Positions 1 through 8,018 of a stretch of 64,000 nucleotides of DNA are shown here, piece by piece; within the stretch, counting starts at the first letter, position 1; each line of letters begins with the position of its first letter. The notes under the pieces were generated by a model that saw only the letters and a program-made list of their open reading frames with translations, was not told where the DNA came from and searched no databases. This stretch comes from Acidimicrobiia bacterium (GTDB taxonomy: Bacteria > Actinomycetota > Acidimicrobiia > IMCC26256 > PALSA-610). A program made the translations under genes and the position numbers. Location: positions 33,527 to 97,526 of the forward strand of contig JBBQGQ010000015.1 of NCBI GenBank assembly GCA_038323195.1. The letters run 5' to 3'.

Positions 1-323
1 AGTGACGTACCGAGGAGGAACAAGAACGCCGACCGATCGCCGACCGCGAACCGGAAATACGCTCGGAAGCCGAGCTCGACGCGTTCGCGCAGCGAGCCCG
101 CGCGCGCAGTGGCCTCGGCGAGCGTGCTGAGCAATTGGCGCCCGGTCTCTTCGAGCAGCTCGACGTACAGCGCGCGTTTGCTCGGGAAGTGCTGGTAGAG
201 GACCGGCTTCGTGACCCCCGCGGCTTCTGCGATCTCGTCCATCGACGTCGCGTGGAATCCCTGTTGCGCGAATCGCTCGCGCGCCACCTCGAAGAGCTGT
301 TGACGACGCTGGTCGGCCGGCAT
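1..323 (-). CDS. TetR/AcrR family transcriptional regulator (N-terminal part; C-terminus runs off the left edge)
   Basis: Reverse-complement reading from ATG (323-321) gives MPADQRRQQLFEVARERFAQQGFHATSMDEIAEAAGVTKPVLYQHFPSKRALYVELL..., a canonical TetR HTH. The frame stays open to position 1. It is absent from the ORF track because there is no stop in the window. Confidence 0.85.
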   Translation of the reverse strand, partial: MPADQRRQQLFEVARERFAQQGFHATSMDEIAEAAGVTKPVLYQHFPSKRALYVELLEETGRQLLSTLAEATARAGSLRERVELGFRAYFRFAVGDRSAFLFLLGTS

Positions 324-357
324 CCGTAGGGATTGCCGGGACGAGAGGTCTCCGGGT

Positions 358-1365
358 TCAGACACTCGACTTCAACGGCATCACGTAGCGGTCGACATGA
401 TCGAAGTTCCGCGCCCGGAGCCCGTCGAGTGCGGCGGCTTCGTCCGCGGTGAGCGGGACTTCGGACGCGTGCGCGTACTCGCGCACCTCGTCGACCGACA
501 GCACGGTCGGGAGCACGCACGCGAAGGCGGGGTTCGCGAGGATGCCCGCGATCGCGGCTTGACCGATCGTACGACCGGATTCAGCGGACCAGAGGAACGC
601 GAGTGTCTCTGCTTTCTCGAAATTGTCGAGCATGTTGTCGCGGTTGCGATGCGCGCGGTGATCGCCTTGCGGGAACACGGTGTCGACCGTGATCTTGCCC
701 GAGAGCGTGTCGGATGCGTGCGGCACGCGGGCGATGAGGGAGACGTCGCCGTTGCGTACCCGGTCGCGCCCCGCGAAACTGAGCCCGGGCTCCTGCTCGA
801 GCACGTTGAAGACGGTCTGCAGCGTCGCGATCGGCCGATCGTCGATCGAGATATTGCCTTCCTCGACCCAGCCGATGGCCGGCCCGAGCGCGACCCCGAG
901 CGCGCGAACCTTCCCTGCCTCGCGCAGCTCGACCAGCGCCTCCCACAGCGCATCGTCGACGATGGGCTCGATGCGCGGGTTGTGGAGTTGCAGGAGATCG
1001 ATGTGGTCAGTACCGAGTCGCGTCAACGACGCGTCGACCTGCTGACGTACCGAGCTGGGTCGCCAGTCGTGCGGCCGCTCCGATTGTCCGGGGTGCTTGC
1101 GCTCCGCGGCGATGTCGTAGCCGACCTTCGTCGTGAGCACGATCTCGTCGCGACGGGAGAGGTAATCGCGCAGGATCGTCTCACCCGCGCCGTCGGCGCC
1201 GTAGACCGGTGCGGTGTCGAAGAAGTTGATGCCGGCGTCGAGCGCGGCCGTGATCATGTCGTGCGGGTCGTCGGTCCGGCCCCACCAATCGGTGACGAGC
1301 GTCCACGTACCGAAGCCCACCTCGGAGACGACGAGGTCGGTGTGGCCCAAGCGGCGACGGCGCAT
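358..1365 (-). CDS. aldo/keto reductase
   Basis: 335-aa ORF. The N-terminus LGHTDLVVSEVGFGTW...DAGINFFDTAPVYG and the length are typical of AKR family oxidoreductases. It lies 34 nt upstream of the TetR gene on the same strand. Confidence 0.9.
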   Translation of the reverse strand: MRRRRLGHTDLVVSEVGFGTWTLVTDWWGRTDDPHDMITAALDAGINFFDTAPVYGADGAGETILRDYLSRRDEIVLTTKVGYDIAAERKHPGQSERPHDWRPSSVRQQVDASLTRLGTDHIDLLQLHNPRIEPIVDDALWEALVELREAGKVRALGVALGPAIGWVEEGNISIDDRPIATLQTVFNVLEQEPGLSFAGRDRVRNGDVSLIARVPHASDTLSGKITVDTVFPQGDHRAHRNRDNMLDNFEKAETLAFLWSAESGRTIGQAAIAGILANPAFACVLPTVLSVDEVREYAHASEVPLTADEAAALDGLRARNFDHVDRYVMPLKSSV

Positions 1366-1411
1366 ACCCGGAGGCTACGTCGCGCTCCCTCGAGCCGTCT
1401 CACCGGGGTTC

Positions 1412-1678
1412 TCAGACACCTCGCTCGCGGTCGTCCCGCGCCGCGGCACGTACGCCGTAGGCCAGAACGATCGGGATCGGGAGCACGATGCACGACACCG
1501 CAAGGCCCGCGATCGACAATCCGACCGTCCACGTCGGGAACGCGGTCGCGGCACCGATGATGAAGGCGACGATCGCGACGCCGAGCGCGAGATAGCCGAC
1601 GCGTTTGCCGAGCGCGGCGAAGCGCGCGATGCGTCCTCGGCGGGCGACGACGGGGTCTTCGGCTACCACGCGATCCAT
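1412..1678 (-). CDS. small membrane protein (2 predicted TM helices), function unknown
   Basis: Internal ATG at 1678 in the 1412..2404 track ORF gives an 88-aa product, MDRVVAEDPVV...YLALGVAIVAFIIGAATAF...LSIAGLAVSCIVLPIPIVLAY. It overlaps the glycosyltransferase stop by 16 nt. The upstream part of the track ORF is Arg-rich antisense noise. Confidence 0.5.
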   Translation of the reverse strand: MDRVVAEDPVVARRGRIARFAALGKRVGYLALGVAIVAFIIGAATAFPTWTVGLSIAGLAVSCIVLPIPIVLAYGVRAAARDDRERGV

Positions 1679-2775
1679 CCGTGCGAGGCGAACGTCTCGT
1701 CGATCGCGCCGGGCAGATCGGCGAGCGAAAATGACACTCGGGCGCGGTTGACGTTCGCGTCGAAGAAGCGCTCGCGCACCGCGGGTTGCTCGGCCAGGAA
1801 CTTCGCGACCGTTTCGGGCTGCTGGGTCGAGAAGACGCGAACCCCGGCCGCGACGATCTCGGCGAGCACCGGGTAGGGGTACGCGGCGCACGCACGACGG
1901 TGCGCGATCGACTCGACGACGGGATTGCCGAAACCCTCCCAGGTTGAGGGGAACACGACGAGGTCTGAAGCCGCGTACCCGTCGCCGGCGGTCGGCGCGC
2001 GACCGATCGTGATCGGAATCCGCGCCCGCTCGACGATGCGTTCGAGGACGGGCTTGTAGCCGTCCTCGGCGGGGCCGGAGATCCAGAGGCGAAGCGCGAG
2101 TCCGGGCGCGAAACCCTGCAGTTGGTGCGCGAAGCGGAGCGCCCCCGGCACATTCTTGCGCTCGATTGCCCGCGCCGGTTGGAACAGCACGAAGTCGTCG
2201 TCGCCGAAGCTGAAACGGGCGCGCGTCGCGGCGCGGTCGTGGGGCCGCGGATCGAGATCGAAGTAGTTGTGGATCGTGGCCGCGTCGGCATAGCCCCGGG
2301 CGTGCAACTCCCGCCGGCTTCGCAGATTGACCGTCGCGTGGAGCGCGCCGTCGACGCGCGGAGGGAATTCGGCCTCCAGGTGCGTGAAGCGGGGTCGCTG
2401 CCACGCCAGATCGTGATGACGAAAGCAGATCCTTCCGCGGTGCTCGCGCGCGACTCGTGCGACGGCGCGGGCGGCGTCGACGTTGAGCGGGAGCGAGCAG
2501 ATGTTGTCGACGACCACGAGGTCGGCATGGCCCAAGGCCCGGCGCAGGACAGCGGCGTCGACCGGGTCCGCGTCGCCTGCACCGGCGTTGATCGGGTCGA
2601 TCGCGAGGCTGGGGATGACGATGTCGTCGTGCTCGCCGGCACCCTCGATCGTGCCGGCGACCCGCCGGGTCTCGAAGCCGAGCTCACGTAGCGCCCATGC
2701 CCACTTGCGGGCTTCGACCGCTACGCCGTCGTCGCCGCCGAGCCGGAACGAGACGGTGACCGCCTGCGGCGCCAT
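1663..2775 (-). CDS. GT4-family glycosyltransferase
   Basis: ATG at 2775 (MAPQAVTVSFRLGGDDGVAVEARKW...). The C-terminal motif FPSTWEGFGNPVVES is the GT4/GT-B E-x7-E region. The 230 aa upstream in the track ORF are Arg-rich and overlap the next gene. Confidence 0.85.
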   Translation of the reverse strand: MAPQAVTVSFRLGGDDGVAVEARKWAWALRELGFETRRVAGTIEGAGEHDDIVIPSLAIDPINAGAGDADPVDAAVLRRALGHADLVVVDNICSLPLNVDAARAVARVAREHRGRICFRHHDLAWQRPRFTHLEAEFPPRVDGALHATVNLRSRRELHARGYADAATIHNYFDLDPRPHDRAATRARFSFGDDDFVLFQPARAIERKNVPGALRFAHQLQGFAPGLALRLWISGPAEDGYKPVLERIVERARIPITIGRAPTAGDGYAASDLVVFPSTWEGFGNPVVESIAHRRACAAYPYPVLAEIVAAGVRVFSTQQPETVAKFLAEQPAVRERFFDANVNRARVSFSLADLPGAIDETFASHGWIAW

Positions 2776-2795
2776 GGCGGCGACGATACGACGGA

Positions 2796-3443
2796 TTACG
2801 GCACGGCGACGTACGCGAGGCGGCGGTTCGTCGCGTCGAGCACGGCGCGGGCAACGGCGTCGGCCTCCTGTTGCGGCCGCACGATCGCCGAGCCCGACAC
2901 GAGCTGCTCGGCCGGCGGGATCACGTAGACCACGGTGACGACGGCGACGTCGTGCGCGCCGATCCGGATGACTTGCGCGTGATCGATGTCGACGCACTCG
3001 GCGGCCGCTTCGAGCTGTCGCAGCGCGTCGACAGTTGCCAGCGCGACGAGCCGGTGGCGTGCGGTCGTCGCGATCGAACCCTCCGCGAAGCCGACGGCCT
3101 CTTCGTCGTCGAGCGCGAGCGTGACGCGCACCAACGACCGCATACCGCTCGCCTCGGCCGTGATCGCGACGATCGACGGACGCGGCCGGAGGGTCGAGGT
3201 GTCCTCGAGGACGTTGCCTCCGAGCTGCACTACCGAGATCACGCGACGATCGAGCTCGAGGCCGAAGGAGGCGAGCGCGATCGATTGGACGTCGCGCACG
3301 ATCTGCTTCGGGTGCTTGCCGGGATGTGCGACGACGTGCACTTCGGAGACGCGACCGTCGCTCTCGGCAACGAGTCGAACGATCGACACGTCGGGAAGCC
3401 GACAGATCTCTCGTTCGACCTCCGTCAAGTCCAATTCGTCCAT
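2796..3443 (-). CDS. conserved hypothetical protein (two-domain, no family recognised)
   Basis: 215-aa ORF (MDELDLTEVEREICRLPDVSIVRLVAESDGRVSEVHVVAHPGKHPKQIVRDVQS...) with high GC3. It sits 20 nt upstream of the glycosyltransferase on the same strand, suggesting an operon. Confidence 0.65.
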   Translation of the reverse strand: MDELDLTEVEREICRLPDVSIVRLVAESDGRVSEVHVVAHPGKHPKQIVRDVQSIALASFGLELDRRVISVVQLGGNVLEDTSTLRPRPSIVAITAEASGMRSLVRVTLALDDEEAVGFAEGSIATTARHRLVALATVDALRQLEAAAECVDIDHAQVIRIGAHDVAVVTVVYVIPPAEQLVSGSAIVRPQQEADAVARAVLDATNRRLAYVAVP

Positions 3444-3486
3444 GTGTGGTTCTTTCCCTTCGGCCGCGCCGCGACACTACGTCTTG

Positions 3487-3519
3487 GCCCGGGCGCGTTG
3501 GGTGACCTTCGCGCCGGGC
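3487..3519 (-). terminator. GC-rich hairpin between VOC gene and downstream operon (possible factor-independent terminator without U-tract)
   Basis: GCCCGGGCGCG (3487-3497) pairs with CGCGCCGGGC (3510-3519), giving a 10-bp stem with one bulged G and a 12-nt loop. It lies just downstream of the stop of the 3544..4458 gene. Confidence 0.3.
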
Positions 3520-3543
3520 GCGCGATCTCGGACGACGCGTCGA

Positions 3544-4458
3544 TCAGGAAGCGGGGCGTTCGATCAACTCGAGGACCTCGTCGTCGGGTCCACGAAAACA
3601 AACGAAACGCAGGCTCGGCAGGTTCGGACCCATCGCCATCGTCACCGGTGCCGAGATGGTGTCGACGCGAGCGGCCGCGAGCTCGGCAACGGCTGCGTCG
3701 AGATCCGCGACCAGAAAGGCGGCGCGCCACATTCCGAGCGTGTTCGCATCGCGCGGGCCGGTCTCGACGCAACGCGGCGTTCGGAATCCGGCGAGCATGA
3801 CCAGCACGTCACCGCCGCCCGGTGCGGCCAGCACGACCTCGTCCATCGCGACCGGGCCGTCGATGCGCAGGTGAGAGCCGTCGTGATTGTCACTCGGGTA
3901 CCGCGCGGCCTCACGGAACCCGAGCGAACGATAAAACGCGCGAGAGCGGTCGAGGTCGGCGCAGGTGATCGCCACGAACGACACCGCCGACGGTCCGCCT
4001 TCGATCAGCTCGATCGCCGTCCCGTCCGGGTCGCTCACCAGCACCAGGCGGACCTCGCCGCCGTCCGCGAGCGCGTGGCTGAACGGTGCGCTCCACGCGC
4101 GCCCGCCGAGCGTGCCGGCCCGGGCCAGCGCGGCGTCGAGATCGGGGACGCGCAGCCCGAGCCGCTGGAACCCGGTGTCGAGCAATCGAGCGGGCGGCGA
4201 GCCCGCGGGAGCCGGTTCCTGCCATTCGAGGAGATCGATCGCACCGCCGTCGTAGCCGCGCGGACCGAGCAGGATCGACGCGTCCCAGCGCGCGCGAGCG
4301 AGTCCGAACGCCGCCCCGGCTTGCGTCTCGGCGGGTGCAGTTCGCGCGCCGATCTCGAGCCCGAGGCCTTCGGTGTAGAAGCGCCGGGACTGCTGGAGAT
4401 CCGAGCAGTTCACGTTCACGTGAAAGAGCCGGGCGTCGCCCAACGACATGGGCGACAC
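3544..4458 (-). CDS. VOC (glyoxalase/bleomycin-resistance/dioxygenase) family protein, two tandem VOC modules
   Basis: 304-aa ORF with two repeats of the VOC pattern (LFHVNVNCSDLQQSRRFYTEGLGLE... and VSFVAITCADLDRSRAFYRSLGFRE...), each ending in DPDG/GPDDEVLELIE. Confidence 0.85.
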   Translation of the reverse strand: MSPMSLGDARLFHVNVNCSDLQQSRRFYTEGLGLEIGARTAPAETQAGAAFGLARARWDASILLGPRGYDGGAIDLLEWQEPAPAGSPPARLLDTGFQRLGLRVPDLDAALARAGTLGGRAWSAPFSHALADGGEVRLVLVSDPDGTAIELIEGGPSAVSFVAITCADLDRSRAFYRSLGFREAARYPSDNHDGSHLRIDGPVAMDEVVLAAPGGGDVLVMLAGFRTPRCVETGPRDANTLGMWRAAFLVADLDAAVAELAAARVDTISAPVTMAMGPNLPSLRFVCFRGPDDEVLELIERPAS

Positions 4459-4491
4459 GGTATCTGCGCGTCGCCCTCCGGCCCGTCGAGC

Positions 4492-5313
4492 TCAGGGCTG
4501 GAGAACGGAACGGATCTCGTTGACGGGGTACGTGCGCGTCGACGTGATCGTCGCGCGCCCGAGGTCGAGGGCGGGCAGGGCGGCCGGGAGACCGGGCCCC
4601 GTGATCGTCGCGGTGCCGACCCAGACCGCACTGATGGCGATCGTGTGCATTCCCTTGGTCTCGAACGTGTAGTGCCCGGTGCCGGCGTTCGTCGGCGGCC
4701 CGCCGTCGACGCTGATCTCGTAGTGGTCGAGCGTCGCCGTACCCGTGATCGTGAAGCCGCGAATCGTCGCGGCGATGGTCACGGTCGTCGGTCCGTCGGC
4801 CGAGATGCGGGTGTCGAGACCGGTGATCCCGCGGGTGGCGGGATCGAGCGTGACGGTCGGCGCCGGTACCCCCGCGCGGTTCCACGCCTCCCCGAAGGTC
4901 GGAACCGCGGGAACGGGCGGCTCGGGCGGTCGGTGCGTCGGATCGCCGTTCGCGAACGCGACGCACTCGAAGCGGTCGTCGACGATCCTCCCGGTCGGGT
5001 CGCGTCCGACGAGGTGGTACAGGAACCCGAACATCGGTTGCTGCGCGGTGCTGCCGGGAAGCACGCACAGCCCGTCGAGGCTGCCGGTGCGGGCCGGAGT
5101 GGTGTCGACCGAGTACGACACGAGGTACCTCACCAGCGGCCGCGACGCGCCCTCACCCGGATGCCCGGGCGTACCCGATCCGGGTGCGGCGACGGCGATG
5201 TCGACCGAGACGTGGCCCCGGTGGTCTACGGCGCCGCCGCCCACCGTCGTCGCGCCCGCGCTTGCGGCCCCGGCGAGAACCGCAAGCGCGACTGCGACCA
5301 CGACGATTCTCAT
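4492..5313 (-). CDS. secreted hypothetical protein
   Basis: ATG at 5313 is preceded by GAGG and gives MRIVVVAVALAVLAGAASAGA, a clear Sec signal peptide. The rest matches no family I recognise. The track ORF start at 5379 adds 22 non-signal residues. Confidence 0.7.
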   Translation of the reverse strand: MRIVVVAVALAVLAGAASAGATTVGGGAVDHRGHVSVDIAVAAPGSGTPGHPGEGASRPLVRYLVSYSVDTTPARTGSLDGLCVLPGSTAQQPMFGFLYHLVGRDPTGRIVDDRFECVAFANGDPTHRPPEPPVPAVPTFGEAWNRAGVPAPTVTLDPATRGITGLDTRISADGPTTVTIAATIRGFTITGTATLDHYEISVDGGPPTNAGTGHYTFETKGMHTIAISAVWVGTATITGPGLPAALPALDLGRATITSTRTYPVNEIRSVLQP

Positions 5314-5320
5314 AGGTGCC

Positions 5321-6016
5321 TCACAGGTGCACGTCGACGGGATGCTCGATCTCGATGTCGGCGAGATACCAATGGCCACCGGCGAGGACGACGAGATCCA
5401 AGTAGGTGGTGGGTCCGCTGAAGCGCGCCTCGCTCGTGACGTGCCCCGAGGGGTCGACGACCTGATGGGCGGAGATGCTCTCGACGACGCGCGCCGAGAA
5501 CGCGTCGGGTGTCGCGCTCACGATCGTGTACTCGCTGGGGCCGTTGAGGCGCTCGACCTCGCGCCGGTTGTTGTCTCTCAGGTTCGTGACGTCGCGCAGG
5601 TAATCATCTAGCAGCCGCGTCCCGGGGGCGACGGTCGTCAGGGCGAGGGAAGGATCGGGGCGATGGGCGGCCATCCAGTTGCCGTAGCTCTCGAGCGACT
5701 TCAGGATCGCGACATGATCCGTGCCGGTGTTGACGAGCCGCGGGGGCGGGACGGAATCGTCAAAGCTGAAGTCGGGCCGCGTCGAGGTCGCCGTTGAGGT
5801 CGCGCTCGAGCTCGTGGTCGATCGCGGGGGCGGGCTCGTCGCCGAGGACGCAGTGCGGGGCGCGGCGGTCGAGATGCTGCTAGTCGAAACGCTGCTGGTT
5901 TTCGGCTTCCGTGGAGTAGTCGTGCGCTCCGAGGCACTGCACGCGCTCAGGGTGACGATGCCCGCGACGAGAACGCTGTTTACCCGCTTCCCCACGCGGC
6001 GCACGTTAGGCACCAC
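5321..6016 (-). CDS. putative lipoprotein with Ser/Thr/Pro-rich linker
   Basis: The N-terminus has a lipobox (VAGIVTLSAC). A roughly 60-aa S/T/P-rich low-complexity linker is followed by a globular C-terminal domain. An alternative GTG start at 6004 gives MRRVGKRVNS... Confidence 0.7.
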   Translation of the reverse strand: MVPNVRRVGKRVNSVLVAGIVTLSACSASERTTTPRKPKTSSVSTSSISTAAPRTASSATSPPPRSTTSSSATSTATSTRPDFSFDDSVPPPRLVNTGTDHVAILKSLESYGNWMAAHRPDPSLALTTVAPGTRLLDDYLRDVTNLRDNNRREVERLNGPSEYTIVSATPDAFSARVVESISAHQVVDPSGHVTSEARFSGPTTYLDLVVLAGGHWYLADIEIEHPVDVHL

Positions 6017-6031
6017 CGATGCATACGCAGC

Positions 6032-6057
6032 AATCGGAAGTTCGAATCGGAAGTTCG
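6032..6057. repeat. perfect 13-bp tandem direct repeat AATCGGAAGTTCG x2
   Basis: Read directly: 6032-6044 is identical to 6045-6057. It lies 16-41 bp upstream of the lipoprotein start (minus strand), at the edge of a 530-bp low-GC intergenic region. Confidence 0.9.
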
Positions 6058-6394
6058 CGGCGAGCGCGACGAAGCTTCCGTTATGTCCGGATTTTCTCTG
6101 GTCCGGGCTTGCGCAAAGGCCGCACCAGGGCGAGAATTGGTCGAAGGACCGGTACTTTGCCAGAAGGCCTCGGCCGGACCGCGTGGGGCTGTTGTTACTC
6201 GTGTGACCTATGCGGGTGATCGTGGCCGGTGGCGACGGGAGTTGCGTCTAGGCACAAGACGACTTGGGAGATAGACGGCAAGGCCTCGGGCCGGGCATCT
6301 ACTTCACGTCAACAGATGTGTTCCTCAGCGGAGCGGATTCGCCCTGTCGTTCCTAGCGGATGCGACGGAGGTTGTGACGCGAGGGGGAATTCCT

Positions 6395-6481
6395 GTGAAG
6401 AAGATTGCTGTCCGTGTCGCTACCGTTACCGGTGGGCTTGTTGCTGTTCTGCTTGCCGGTGGCGCTTGGGTGCGAGGTTAA
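6395..6481 (+). CDS. candidate 28-aa hydrophobic small ORF (MKKIAVRVATVTGGLVAVLLAGGAWVRG)
   Basis: GTG at 6395 sits 5 nt after GAGGGGG (6381-6387). The product has a KK N-terminus, one TM-like helix and a TAA stop. Codons are mostly T-ending, atypical for this genome, so coding status is uncertain. Confidence 0.3.
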   Translation: MKKIAVRVATVTGGLVAVLLAGGAWVRG

Positions 6482-6546
6482 CCGCTCTGCCCGCGGCCTT
6501 GCCGCCTGTCTCCAGATCCGTCCTTGATTGCCGACAAATAGAGAAG

Positions 6547-7887
6547 ATGTCCCCGTTTCCCCGACAGCTCCGGTGGTTCACCGTCACGGTCTTCGCGGTC
6601 GCGGTCGGTGCCGAGGTGTTTTTGGCGCGCCAGGAAGGACTGCCGTCTGCCGGCGCCCTCGCGGTGCTCGCAGCATTGGTGCTGCTTTCGGCGCAAATGC
6701 TCGTCAGATTGCGCGACGGTGTTCTCCTTTCTCCGGGCCTCGGGGTCGGTATGGCCGCGATCGTCGTCTTCCGGCCCGAGCACTCGCTCCTCGGAGCGAT
6801 GCTCGTGTGTTCTCTCGTGGCCGTGCGCCCCAGCTATTTCTCCAGGGCGTCGTGGGGTTGGCTGCCGTTCAACGCCGGTGTCTCGGCACTCGCATTCCTC
6901 GCGGCCGCGTTCGTCTACGGAATCCTTCCGGCCGCGACTACCGGATCCGCCCTGTTCTTCGTGCTCATGGCAATTCCGGCTGCGCTTGCATACATGATCG
7001 TGGCGTGGGCATTGCTCCTGCTCTCGTATATCGTCGAAGGCGCGAGTTCCTGGCGCGACGTGCTCGGTGGGTTGCTGCCCTCCGGAGCAGAGGTTCTTCC
7101 GTTCGCGATCTTGGGCTTTCTCCTCGGCCGGCTGTATCTCTCGCTCGGGCCGGCGGTGATGCTGCTGATCATCGTGCCGATCCTCATCGCACGCGAGATG
7201 TTCGCGTCGTACATGCGGGTGAAGGAATCGCACGACGAAACCGTCGGGATGCTCATCCGCGCCCTAGAGGCCAAGGATCGGTACACCTCGGGACACTCGG
7301 AACGAGTGGCCGACTACGCCCGCTACATCGGCGAGGAGCTGAGCTTCATGCCCGCGCGGCTCGAGCGCCTTCGGTTTGCGGCGCTCATGCACGACATCGG
7401 GAAGCTCGTGGTGCCGAACCAGCTCCTCAACAAGCCGGGGCGGCTGACCCCGGAGGAGTTCGCGCAGGTCCGAGTCCACGAGCAGGTCAGCGTGCAGATG
7501 CTGAGCCACATCGACTTCCTGCGCCCGATCGCCGCCGCGTCGCACAGCGACAACACCCGCTTCGACCCCGACGACCTCGACCATCCCATCGAGCCGTACA
7601 TCGTGATGATTGCCGACGCGTACGACGCCATGACCTCCACCCGCGCCTACCGCAAGGCGCTGACCCAGGATGTCGCCTTCAGTGAGCTTCGCGACAAAGC
7701 GGGAATCCAGTTCCACCCGGCCTGTGTCGAGGCGCTCATCCAGGCCGTCGAGCGGCGAGGCGAGAAGCACGGCGCCGGGTACGAGGGCCACGCCGAGTTC
7801 GACAACGCCCCGGTCGCCGGCCTCGGGAGCGCCGGTCTCGGCGATCTGCTCGAGAACGAGGCTCCCCAGAAGTCGCCGTCGTCCTGA
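6547..7887 (+). CDS. membrane-anchored HD-GYP-related phosphohydrolase (GYP motif not conserved)
   Basis: ATG at 6547 (MSPFPRQLRWFTVTVFAV...). About 235 aa of polytopic hydrophobic region precede GHSERVADYARYIG...LMHDIGKLVVP...IADAYDAMTSTRAYR. Where HD-GYP enzymes have HHExxDGxGYP, this protein has ASHSDNTRFD. Confidence 0.85.
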   Translation: MSPFPRQLRWFTVTVFAVAVGAEVFLARQEGLPSAGALAVLAALVLLSAQMLVRLRDGVLLSPGLGVGMAAIVVFRPEHSLLGAMLVCSLVAVRPSYFSRASWGWLPFNAGVSALAFLAAAFVYGILPAATTGSALFFVLMAIPAALAYMIVAWALLLLSYIVEGASSWRDVLGGLLPSGAEVLPFAILGFLLGRLYLSLGPAVMLLIIVPILIAREMFASYMRVKESHDETVGMLIRALEAKDRYTSGHSERVADYARYIGEELSFMPARLERLRFAALMHDIGKLVVPNQLLNKPGRLTPEEFAQVRVHEQVSVQMLSHIDFLRPIAAASHSDNTRFDPDDLDHPIEPYIVMIADAYDAMTSTRAYRKALTQDVAFSELRDKAGIQFHPACVEALIQAVERRGEKHGAGYEGHAEFDNAPVAGLGSAGLGDLLENEAPQKSPSS

Positions 7888-8018
7888 CCGGGCAAAACGC
7901 ACCACCCAGAGCATCCGGCTGTCTACGATCAGACGGATCCGCCCTTTTCCGCCGGCCGAAGGCTGCCGAGTAACAAGGTGATGCGACTCGACATACCTCG
8001 AGACTCGGACGGGACGCG

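Noticed and set aside
397-3477. Multiple overlapping ORFs (397..1560 plus, 1254..2687 minus, and the N-terminal 230 aa of 1663..3477 minus)
   Set aside because: They are alternative frames or antisense to the AKR, glycosyltransferase and 215-aa genes. Their Arg/Pro/Ser-rich composition and lack of motifs argue against them, and the real genes account for the codon bias.
6100-6150. Possible c-di-GMP-I (GEMM-I) riboswitch upstream of the HD-GYP-like gene (GCGCAAAGGCC resembles ACGCAAAGCC; GGTC-GAAG-GACC hairpin)
   Set aside because: The order of the elements is reversed relative to GEMM-I. The loop is GAAG, not GNRA, and no GGCAAA P2 start or tetraloop-receptor helix could be drawn. A covariance-model scan would be needed to revive this idea.
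6083-6274. 63-aa ORF in the long intergenic region (also 6019..6219 and the 6229 start of the HD-GYP ORF)
   Set aside because: There is no SD, the sequences are basic and low-complexity, and the frames are not supported by GC3 bias. The HD-GYP-like protein's hydrophobic N-terminus begins at the ATG at 6547.
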